NCBI GenBank assembly: GCA_965245685.1
Contig: CBDFAZ010000001.1
Location: forward strand, 1 to 57,114
Length of the DNA stretch: 57,114 bases
Source of the DNA: an uncultured Streptococcus sp.
Lineage (GTDB): Bacteria > Bacillota > Bacilli > Lactobacillales > Streptococcaceae
Direction of reading: 5' to 3'
Shown: positions 10,245 to 18,051 of the stretch, in pieces
Position numbering within the stretch: position 1 is the stretch's first letter
Layout: each line of letters starts with the position of its first letter
Translations under genes and position numbers: made by a program
The notes under the pieces: generated by a model
What the model was told of the DNA's origin: nothing
Databases searched by the model: none
What the model saw: only the letters and a program-made list of their open reading frames with translations

Positions 10245-10607
10245 ATGATTAAAGGACACGGAATTGACATAGAAGAGTTGGCTACCATTGAGCGAGCCTA
10301 TCTGAAAAATGCCCGCTTTGCAAAGAAGGTGCTGACCGAGGCGGAGCTTTCTCGTTTTGAGGAGTTATCTGGCAAGCGGAAAATAGAATTTCTAGCTGGA
10401 CGTTGGGCTGCTAAAGAGGCTTTTTCTAAAGCTTGGGGAACCGGCATCGGTAAGCTCAGGTTTCAGGACTTGGAGATTTTAAATGATCGCCAGGGAGCGC
10501 CTTATTTCAGCCGGTCACCTTTTACTGGCAAGGTTTGGATTTCGCTCAGCCATGCTGCTGGCCTAGTTACAGCCAGCGTTATTTTGGAGGAAAATGATGA
10601 AAGCTAG
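10245..10607 (+). CDS. acpS: Holo-ACP synthase
   Basis: [28 protein letters not shown] and ISLSH motifs. Confidence 0.96.
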   Translation: MIKGHGIDIEELATIERAYLKNARFAKKVLTEAELSRFEELSGKRKIEFLAGRWAAKEAFSKAWGTGIGKLRFQDLEILNDRQGAPYFSRSPFTGKVWISLSHAAGLVTASVILEENDES

Positions 10608-11703
10608 TCTGCATAGACCCAGCAAGGCAGTGATTGATTTAGCTGCTATTGCTTTTAATATTAGACAACTGAGTGCCCATCTGCCTCAGACGACAGAGAA
10701 GTGGGCTGTCGTCAAGGCCAATGCTTATGGTCACGGAGCTATTGAGGTTTCTAAGCACATTGAGCCCCTAGTAGATGGATTTTGCGTGTCTAATATCGAT
10801 GAGGCCTTGGAGCTGCGCTCAGCTGGTATTGGCAAAAAAATTCTGGTGCTAGGAGTATCAGATCTGGCTGCGCTTCCGCTAGCTAGAAAGGGAAAGGTGT
10901 CTCTGACCGTAGCCAGTTTAGAATGGCTGGATCTAGCTTTAGACGCTGAAGAAGACTTGACTGGATTGAATTTTCATATCAAGATTGACTCTGGTATGGG
11001 GCGGATTGGATTTCGAGATAGTCAGGAAGCTCAGGAGGCAATCCATCGCTTGCAGGCTGCTGGGGCTGTCGCGGAGGGAATTTTCACCCACTTTGCTACA
11101 GCAGATGAAGCGGAACACCATAAGTTTGAAGCCCAGCTGACTCGTTTTCATCAGATCTTATCTGAGCTGGACAATGTGCCACCTCTCGTTCACGCTAGTA
11201 ATTCCGCCACCACTCTCTGGCACAGCGAGACTGTTCTAAATGCCGTTCGGCTAGGGGATATCATCTATGGTCTCAACCCCAGCGGAAGAGTCTTGGAACT
11301 TCCTTATGAATTCAAGCCGGCCTTATCTCTGGTCTCAGAATTGGTACATGTCAAGGAAGTAGAGGCTGGAGCAGATGTTGGCTATGGAGCCACCTATACG
11401 AGCAAGTCTCAAGAGTGGATTGGCACCATTCCTTTGGGTTATGCGGATGGCTGGACACGCGATATGCAGGGCTTTGATGTCTTGATTGATGGTCAGCGCT
11501 GTCCTATTGTCGGCCGGGTTTCCATGGACCAGATTACAGTGCGCCTGCCTCAGGCTTATCCCCTTGGCACTCCAGTTGTGTTGATTGGGAATAGCGGAGC
11601 AGAGACCATTACGGCGACAGATGTGGCAGAAAAGCGTGGCACCATTAACTATGAGGTGGTTTGCCTTATTAGTGACCGCGTACCGAGGGTCTATAAAGAC
11701 TAA
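10594..11703 (+). CDS. alr: Alanine racemase
   Basis: [14 protein letters not shown] motif, [17 protein letters not shown]; acpS-alr-recG synteny. Confidence 0.97.
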   Translation: MMKASLHRPSKAVIDLAAIAFNIRQLSAHLPQTTEKWAVVKANAYGHGAIEVSKHIEPLVDGFCVSNIDEALELRSAGIGKKILVLGVSDLAALPLARKGKVSLTVASLEWLDLALDAEEDLTGLNFHIKIDSGMGRIGFRDSQEAQEAIHRLQAAGAVAEGIFTHFATADEAEHHKFEAQLTRFHQILSELDNVPPLVHASNSATTLWHSETVLNAVRLGDIIYGLNPSGRVLELPYEFKPALSLVSELVHVKEVEAGADVGYGATYTSKSQEWIGTIPLGYADGWTRDMQGFDVLIDGQRCPIVGRVSMDQITVRLPQAYPLGTPVVLIGNSGAETITATDVAEKRGTINYEVVCLISDRVPRVYKD

Positions 11704-11808
11704 GATGATTAATGCAGGGAACCGATTGAAGTATTTGATAATATTCTAGCTTGGTCCCCTTGTCTGTGATGTCAGTACCGCAGCAGTATCAGAACTGAAA
11801 GAGGAATT

Positions 11809-13824
11809 ATGAATTTACACCAACCTTTGACGGTTCTGCCTGGTGTGGGACCGAAATCAGCAGAAAAATTTACCAAGCTGGGTCTAGAGACTTTGCAGGA
11901 TTTGCTGCTTTATTTTCCTTTTCGTTATGAGGATTTTAAAAGTAAGAATGTCCTAGACTTGGAGGATGGAGAAAAGGCAGTTGTTTCTGGTCAGGTCGTA
12001 ACCCCGGCCAATGTCCAGTATTATGGCTACAAACGCAATCGCCTGCGCTTCACTATCAAGCAGGGAGAAGTCGCTCTGGCAGTTAACTTCTTTAACCAGC
12101 CTTATCTGGCGGACAAGATTGAAGTGGGAGCTAATATAGCCGTCTTTGGAAAGTGGGACAAAGCCAAGGCCAGTCTGACTGGAATGAAACTGCTGGCTCA
12201 GGTAGGGGACGACTTGCAGCCTGTCTATCGGCTAGCTCAGGGAATTAGTCAGGCCAGTCTGGTCAAGCTGATTAAGACTGCCTTTGACCAAGGATTGGAC
12301 TTGCTCTTAGAGGAAAATCTGCCCCAGCCCCTGCTGGAACGCTACCAGCTAGTGAGCAGAGTTGAGGCTGTAAGGGCTATGCATTTTCCAAAGGACTTGG
12401 CTGATTACAAGCAGGCTCTTCGGCGGGTTAAATTTGAAGAACTCTTTTATTTCCAGATGCAGCTGCAGGTCTTAAAGAGAGAAACCAAGGCTGTCAGCAA
12501 TGGATTGAAGATTGATTGGCAGTCGGATGCTGTAGCCGAGAAAAAAGACAGCTTGCCTTTCGAGCTAACTCCGGCTCAGGAGCGCAGTCTGACAGAGATT
12601 TTGCAGGATTTGCGGTCTCCTGGGCACATGAATCGCCTGCTGCAGGGGGATGTGGGAAGCGGAAAGACTGTAGTCGCTGGTCTGGCTATGTATGCTGTTT
12701 ATACAGCTGGCTTTCAGTCAGCTCTGATGGTTCCCACAGAAATTTTGGCTGAGCAGCATTTTGACAGCCTAGCTCAGCTATTTCCAGAATTGAAGCTAGC
12801 CCTACTTACTGGGGGAATGAAAGCAGCTGAACGCCGAAAGACCTTGGCAGCGATTGAAAAGGGTCAGGTGGACATGATTGTCGGAACCCATGCCCTGATT
12901 CAGGAAGGAGTTCGTTACCATGCATTGGGCTTGGTCATTATTGACGAGCAGCATCGCTTTGGGGTGGAGCAACGCCGGATTTTACGGGAAAAGGGAGACA
13001 ATCCTGATGTCCTCATGATGACGGCGACACCTATTCCCAGAACCCTTGCTATTACAGCATTTGGCGATATGGATGTGTCCATCATTGACCAAATGCCGGC
13101 AGGACGCAAGCCTATCATCACCCGCTGGGTCAAGCATGAGCAGCTGGAAGTCGTCCTTGACTGGCTAAAAAAAGAGCTCCAGAAGGGCGCTCAGGTCTAT
13201 TTTATTTCTCCCTTGATTGAGGAATCTGAGGCGCTAGATCTTAAGAATGCCATTGCCCTAGAAGAAGAACTGACAGCCTATTTTGGTCAGCAAGCCCAAG
13301 TGGCTCTGCTTCATGGCAAGATGAAGAGCGAGGAAAAAGAGGCGATTATGCAGGACTTCAAGGAAGGACGAACTGATATTCTGGTCTCTACCACGGTCAT
13401 TGAGGTTGGAGTCAATGTCCCAAATGCTACGGTGATGGTCATCATGGATGCGGACCGCTTCGGACTCAGCCAGCTTCATCAGCTAAGAGGCCGTGTCGGC
13501 CGAGGGAGCAAGCAGTCTTATGCCGTCCTTGTTGCCAATCCTAAGACGGAGTCGGGCAAGTGCCGCATGAAAATAATGACTGAGACGACTGATGGATTCC
13601 TGCTGGCTGAGGAGGATTTGAAAATGCGAGGATCTGGAGAAATCTTTGGCACTCGGCAGTCTGGTATTCCTGAGTTCCAAGTGGCAGACATCGTGGAAGA
13701 TTATCCGATTTTAGAAGAAGCCAGAAAGGTTGCCAGTCAGATTACAGCTGATCCGAACTGGCGGACAGATCCTAATTGGCACTTGATTGCTCTTCATTTG
13801 GACAAGAAAGATTACCTAGATTAA
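11809..13824 (+). CDS. recG: ATP-dependent DNA helicase RecG
   Basis: LQGDVGSGKT, DEQHRFG, MTATPIPRTL, QLHQLRGRVGRG and the TRG motif. Confidence 0.98.
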   Translation: MNLHQPLTVLPGVGPKSAEKFTKLGLETLQDLLLYFPFRYEDFKSKNVLDLEDGEKAVVSGQVVTPANVQYYGYKRNRLRFTIKQGEVALAVNFFNQPYLADKIEVGANIAVFGKWDKAKASLTGMKLLAQVGDDLQPVYRLAQGISQASLVKLIKTAFDQGLDLLLEENLPQPLLERYQLVSRVEAVRAMHFPKDLADYKQALRRVKFEELFYFQMQLQVLKRETKAVSNGLKIDWQSDAVAEKKDSLPFELTPAQERSLTEILQDLRSPGHMNRLLQGDVGSGKTVVAGLAMYAVYTAGFQSALMVPTEILAEQHFDSLAQLFPELKLALLTGGMKAAERRKTLAAIEKGQVDMIVGTHALIQEGVRYHALGLVIIDEQHRFGVEQRRILREKGDNPDVLMMTATPIPRTLAITAFGDMDVSIIDQMPAGRKPIITRWVKHEQLEVVLDWLKKELQKGAQVYFISPLIEESEALDLKNAIALEEELTAYFGQQAQVALLHGKMKSEEKEAIMQDFKEGRTDILVSTTVIEVGVNVPNATVMVIMDADRFGLSQLHQLRGRVGRGSKQSYAVLVANPKTESGKCRMKIMTETTDGFLLAEEDLKMRGSGEIFGTRQSGIPEFQVADIVEDYPILEEARKVASQITADPNWRTDPNWHLIALHLDKKDYLD

Positions 13825-13835
13825 GAGTTCTTTGG

Positions 13836-13890
13836 ATTAAGTTTCCTGCAAGTTATTTATAAGTAGGCTTTAAGTTTGATGGATTATACT
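13836..13890 (+). promoter_or_regulatory. CiaR-type promoter 1 (four phased boxes plus -10)
   Basis: ATTAAG(13836), TGCAAG(13847), TATAAG(13858) and TTTAAG(13869) at an exact 11-bp period, then 10 nt and TATACT (13885). Matches the CiaR NTTAAG-N5-TTTAAG box 10 bp upstream of -10. Confidence 0.85.
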
Positions 13891-13896
13891 ATTGTC

Positions 13897-14078
13897 ATAT
13901 CAAAGAAGGAGGTAGGACCAATGACAATGTAAACATCCCTTAAAATCCTGTAACCAAAGCTTGAAGATTAGAAGATCTGCGAGGTATGAGCCACTCAAAG
14001 AATAAGAATAATTTAGAATTTTTTCATCATAAATCTCCTAACAAATCACAAGCTTCACCCAATCGGTGAAGTTTTTTT
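13897..14078 (+). ncRNA. cia-dependent small RNA (csRNA), ~180 nt
   Basis: Starts after a CiaR promoter; carries the csRNA hallmark anti-AUG/anti-SD tract TTTTTCATCATAAATCTCCTAA just before terminator AAGCTTCACC-CAATC-GGTGAAGTTTTTTT. Confidence 0.8.
14050..14078 (+). terminator. csRNA intrinsic terminator
   Basis: AAGCTTCACC/GGTGAAGTTT stem plus T7. Confidence 0.85.
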
Positions 14079-14144
14079 GTATTTGGTTGAAAAGACTTGT
14101 TCGTTTCAAATAGTAGATAGGGATTGCTGCCGGATTTCTTTGAC

Positions 14145-14199
14145 TATAAGCTTTCCCTAAGAAATCTATAAGAGATTCTTAAGTTTAGGGCTGTATCCT
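14145..14199 (+). promoter_or_regulatory. CiaR-type promoter 2 (four phased boxes plus -10)
   Basis: TATAAG(14145), CCTAAG(14156), TATAAG(14167) and CTTAAG(14178) at an 11-bp period, then 10 nt and TATCCT (14194); same geometry as promoter 1. Confidence 0.72.
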
Positions 14200-14304
14200 T
14201 ATATCCAAGTAAGAACAAAAAGATTAAGGATCAAACTTGAGGTCAAACGCTCCAAGAGTTTCGTTTTTGCTCTTAAAGAATGAATGATAAGCGAGGTAAA
14301 AGCT

Positions 14305-14382
14305 ATGAAAGTTACAATCAAAGTCCACTATCCGAAGACATTTAAGCAAGCTCAGAAAACGGAGGTGACCTATGGTAAGTGA
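14305..14382 (+). CDS. Putative 25-aa basic microprotein MKVTIKVHYPKTFKQAQKTEVTYGK
   Basis: GAGGT SD 7 nt before the ATG, downstream of CiaR-type promoter 2; below the ORF-track cutoff. Confidence 0.55.
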   Translation: MKVTIKVHYPKTFKQAQKTEVTYGK

Positions 14383-14428
14383 TTATATTTTTGAAATTCT
14401 AGAGTCTCTGTTTGAGGTTATCTTCTAA
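14372..14428 (+). CDS. Putative 18-aa acidic/hydrophobic peptide MVSDYIFEILESLFEVIF
   Basis: Strong GGAGGTG SD (14361-14367) inside the upstream micro-ORF; 11-nt overlap suggests translational coupling. Confidence 0.55.
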   Translation: MVSDYIFEILESLFEVIF

Positions 14429-14480
14429 GTCAAGCGATTTAATGAAGTTTTCCCAGTGTTAGAATATGAAAGAGTCAAAA

Positions 14481-14657
14481 AAGAGGCTGGGACAAAAGTC
14501 CTAGCCTCTCAATTGTCTTAGGATTGTCGAGCAAGACGCAGTGGTTGAGTGGGCTCTACTACGCTGATTTCATCAGCTTTTACAGCCCTACTCAACTGTG
14601 CGGAGGTGGGACGACGAAATCGAATTCTAACGAATTACCGATTTCTGTCCCACTCTC
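14481..14657. repeat. Palindromic streptococcal interspersed repeat (~177 bp, MITE-like or terminator-like)
   Basis: Terminal hairpins AGAGGCTGGGAC-AAAA-GTCCTAGCCTCT and GAGGTGGGACGACGAAATCG...CGATTTCTGTCCCACTCTC; internal stem GTTGAGT-GGGCT...AGCCC-TACTCAAC. Recalled as a multicopy streptococcal element; family name not verified. Confidence 0.7.
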
Positions 14658-14694
14658 TTTTTGATTTAAAGAAAATAAATAGGGACTTTTTCTC

Positions 14695-15657
14695 TCAGCC
14701 TTCCATATAATCCCGGAGTTCTTGGCCTTTGAGTCCAGCATTCAGGGCGATGAGCAGTTTGATTCTGGCCTTTTGGGCATTGAGCTCTTTGACGAAGAAG
14801 ACACCAGCCTGGTGCAGCTGAACGCCGCCTCCTTCATAAGCATAGACTGGCTCAGCGATTCCGTTAAAGCAGCGAGAGACCAGAGCAACTGGCAAGCCGG
14901 CCGCTATCATATCAGCCAGTTTGTCAGCCACTTCTTTGGGAAGATTGCCAGCACCGAATGCCTCTATGATGAGGCCATCTATCTTGTCTAAATCCAGCAT
15001 GTCCAGAAGTTCTGTCTTCATACCCGCATAAGCTGGAATGATAGGCACCAGACCAGAGATGCTGTTTAAGTCAAAGCGGACTCGAGGCTCCGCTGTCTTA
15101 AAATAGAGAATTTCCTGCTTCATAATCAAGCCAAGCGGTCCGTGAGTCGGTGTCTGGAAGGTGCTGACATTGGTCGTGTGGGTTTTGGTTACATATTTGG
15201 CAGCATGTGCCTCGTCATTCATAACGACAAGTACGCCTTTATCACTAGCTTTTTCATCACTAGCCACCCGCAGGGCTGTCAGATAGTTATAGACTCCGTC
15301 GCTCCCCAGCTCATTGGAACTGCGCATAGCTCCGGTCAGAACGACTGGAATCTTCGGCAGCTGCATAGTATCAAGAAAGTAAGCCGTCTCTTCTAAAGTG
15401 TCCGTCCCATGAGTAATGACCACTCCGTCAAATTGATCAGCACTGGCTTTGATTTTCTGGTAAAGTTTGAGCATGTGCTGGGGCGTGATATGAGGACTGG
15501 GAATATTAAAAAAGTCAATGACTTCCGTCTCAATCCCTTCAAGCGGAACTGTCACATGGTTCATAGGGTTATCAGCATTGGTAACGACAGCCCCAGAGCC
15601 GTCAGCCTGCATGGAAATGGTTCCTCCTGTATGCAGGACCAAGATTGTCTTTGTCAT
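14695..15657 (-). CDS. L-asparaginase
   Basis: LHTGGTISM and VVITHGTDTLEETAY motifs, TGAMRS. Confidence 0.95.
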   Translation of the reverse strand: MTKTILVLHTGGTISMQADGSGAVVTNADNPMNHVTVPLEGIETEVIDFFNIPSPHITPQHMLKLYQKIKASADQFDGVVITHGTDTLEETAYFLDTMQLPKIPVVLTGAMRSSNELGSDGVYNYLTALRVASDEKASDKGVLVVMNDEAHAAKYVTKTHTTNVSTFQTPTHGPLGLIMKQEILYFKTAEPRVRFDLNSISGLVPIIPAYAGMKTELLDMLDLDKIDGLIIEAFGAGNLPKEVADKLADMIAAGLPVALVSRCFNGIAEPVYAYEGGGVQLHQAGVFFVKELNAQKARIKLLIALNAGLKGQELRDYMEG

Positions 15658-15837
15658 AAATCCTTTTTCTCCTTGTAGTCATGACGCAGATTCGAAAACT
15701 TACAGTCTGTTTTCATAGAGTTCTCAATCCTGTTGCATAGATATTACTCCAGTTTTTCTTTTCTGCAATTCATGTGATTGTATGTCATTTTTGTGTTATA
15801 ATTTATTGTATCATAAAAGGAAAGAATGAGAAAATCA

Positions 15838-17229
15838 ATGGAAGTAAAGGCCGTCTTTTTTGATATTGATGGGACACTGGTCAATGACAGTCGAACGGTT
15901 TTGAAATCTACAGAAAAGGCTATTCAGAGTTTAAAGGAGCAAGGAATATTGGTCGGTTTGGCAACCGGCCGCGGTCCGTTCTTTGTCAAACCTTTTATGG
16001 AGCAATTGGACTTAGACTTTGCTGTGACCTACAATGGCCAGTATATTTTTTCAAGAGACAGGGTAATTTCTGCCAGTCCCATTGACAAGCAGAGTTTGCG
16101 GGATTTAATCGCCTATGCTAAGAAACACCGAAAAGAAATTTCCTTGGGAACAGCTGAGGCTATGCTGGGCTCCAAGATTATGTCCTTCGGCATGAGCCCT
16201 TTCTCCCAGTGGACTAGCCGCTTCATCCCTAAGCGAATGGCGCGAACGGTCAGTCACGGTTTTAATAAAGTCATCAGCAAGGCGCTGCCCCAGCATGAAA
16301 AGGATCTCCTGCAGTTGATACAGGAGCCGATTTACCAAGCTTTGATTTTAGCTAGCCCAGAAGAAAGCCGTAAGATTGAAGCAGACTTTCCTGATTTGAA
16401 ATTTACCCGTAGCAGCCCCTATGCGGTCGATATTATCAATAAAGATACATCTAAGCTAGAGGGAATTCGCCGAGTCGGCAAGGAATATGGTTTTGACATT
16501 CATCAGGTCATGGCCTTCGGTGACTCTGACAATGACCTGGAAATGCTATCGGGAGTTGGCCTGTCCATTGCTATGGGAAATGGAACCAGCTCGGTCAAGG
16601 AAGTGGCCAAGCACACAACCACCAGCAATAGTCAGGATGGGATTCACAAGGCTCTGGAGCATTTTGGTATCCTAGCTAGGGAAAAGGTCTTTACCAGCAG
16701 CGACCATCACTTTAATAAGGTTAAAGAGTTCCATAGTGTCATGGATGAAAGCACTCAAGAAGAACCTATTGCTTGGACGCCTCAGGACGCTCGCTATCGG
16801 GCAGGTTTCAAACTGGAAGAGCTGGTCGAGTTTCTGCGAGCAGCTAGTAAGTCTGAGGAAGACTTTGACAGTTCTGTAGCCTATCTCCATCAAGCGCTTG
16901 ACAAGGCTGCCGACAAGGTTCGTTCCAAGAGTCAGGCTGAGGTTTCTTTAGTCGGTCAGGTAGATGCTTTGATTGATACTCTTTACTTCACTTATGGCAG
17001 CTTTGTCCTGATGGGAGTCGATCCAGAGAAGCTGTTCGACATTGTCCATCAGGCTAATATGGGCAAAATTTTCCCAGACGGGAAGGCTCACTTCGACCCC
17101 ATCACCCATAAAATCCTCAAACCAGATGACTGGGAAGAAAAATACGCTCCTGAAGGAGCTATCAAAGAAGAACTGGAACGACAGATTCAGGCCTACCACC
17201 GAACCATAGACCAGAAAGAAAAAACCTAG
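15838..17229 (+). CDS. Cof-type HAD-IIB hydrolase fused to a C-terminal MazG/PRA-PH-like NTP-pyrophosphohydrolase domain
   Basis: FFDIDGTL and AFGDSDNDLEM motifs; C-terminal EELVEF...DALIDTLYF...VHQANMGK. Confidence 0.85.
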   Translation: MEVKAVFFDIDGTLVNDSRTVLKSTEKAIQSLKEQGILVGLATGRGPFFVKPFMEQLDLDFAVTYNGQYIFSRDRVISASPIDKQSLRDLIAYAKKHRKEISLGTAEAMLGSKIMSFGMSPFSQWTSRFIPKRMARTVSHGFNKVISKALPQHEKDLLQLIQEPIYQALILASPEESRKIEADFPDLKFTRSSPYAVDIINKDTSKLEGIRRVGKEYGFDIHQVMAFGDSDNDLEMLSGVGLSIAMGNGTSSVKEVAKHTTTSNSQDGIHKALEHFGILAREKVFTSSDHHFNKVKEFHSVMDESTQEEPIAWTPQDARYRAGFKLEELVEFLRAASKSEEDFDSSVAYLHQALDKAADKVRSKSQAEVSLVGQVDALIDTLYFTYGSFVLMGVDPEKLFDIVHQANMGKIFPDGKAHFDPITHKILKPDDWEEKYAPEGAIKEELERQIQAYHRTIDQKEKT

Positions 17230-17256
17230 AGCAGTTACTGAACTGCTCTAGTTTTT
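17226..17256. terminator. Bidirectional terminator between the HAD gene and usp
   Basis: CTAGAGCAGTT-ACTG-AACTGCTCTAG flanked by A and T runs, between convergent genes. Confidence 0.85.
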
Positions 17257-17707
17257 ATAAAGTCTTTTCTGGGTCTCTGACCACGAGCAAGTCAACCTTG
17301 GCGTGGCGCAAGATATATTCGGAGGAAGAGCCAACTAGCAGCCGTTCAAATGCATTGAGACCGGTAGCACCAACCATGATCAAATCTACCTTGTGCTCTT
17401 CTGGGATATCTGTAGCCAAGAGAGTCTTGGGATTGCCCATCTCAATGACAATGTCAACATACTTAATACCGGATTTTTGAGCCTTTTCTTTCAACTCAGC
17501 TGTCAGCTTTTTGGCATCTTCCTGCAAGTCCTCATAGACATCTGCATCAAAGGTTGAGACACTTTGCAAAGCTCGGGTATCAATGACATGGGCGATGGTG
17601 AGACGAGAGCCGTTTCGGAGAGCCACGTTAACGCCCTTTTCAAAGGCTAGTTCGGATTCGTGAGAACCGTCCACAGCAACCATAATGTTTTCATATTTCT
17701 GAGTCAT
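17255..17707 (-). CDS. Universal stress protein (UspA family)
   Basis: NIMVAVDGS and DLIMVGATGLNAFERLLVGSSSEYI motifs; start at 17707 after an AGGAGGT SD. Confidence 0.95.
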   Translation of the reverse strand: MTQKYENIMVAVDGSHESELAFEKGVNVALRNGSRLTIAHVIDTRALQSVSTFDADVYEDLQEDAKKLTAELKEKAQKSGIKYVDIVIEMGNPKTLLATDIPEEHKVDLIMVGATGLNAFERLLVGSSSEYILRHAKVDLLVVRDPEKTL

Positions 17708-17827
17708 AGAGCTACCTCCTTTAAAATGGTTGGTAAAGGACGTCGCATCATTCACAGAATGATTGGGCTGACCGAAAATCAATCAGTCCATAACGTCCGA
17801 GTGATTTGCAACTATTTTCTTGTTTCT

Positions 17828-17856
17828 ATTGTAACCCTTTTCAGAAAAAAAGTAAA
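17828..17856 (-). promoter_or_regulatory. Sigma-A promoter of usp, giving a ~115-nt 5' UTR
   Basis: Minus strand TTTACT-17 nt-TACAAT. Confidence 0.65.
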
Positions 17857-18051
17857 GATAAAATGGAAATGCTGCCAGAAAATTACAAGCCGAAAAAGAT
17901 TCCTTTGCTTTAGGGGATTAGAAAAGGAATAGTGCTCTTTATCTTATCAATCGCTTCATAATTGGATGAAAAGTGAACTTATTTTATTGTTGTCAATCGC
18001 TTTTTCTGGTGGTATAATGATAACATTCTGATGAATAGAGGAAAAATAAGA

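Noticed and set aside
13986..14069. 27-aa ORF MSHSKNKNNLEFFHHKSPNKSQASPNR inside the csRNA
   Set aside because: GAGGT abuts the ATG with no spacer and the ORF runs through the seed and terminator; more likely incidental.
17864..17877. cre-like TGGAAATGCTGCCA between usp and alaA
   Set aside because: Lacks the central CG and has further mismatches; weak support.
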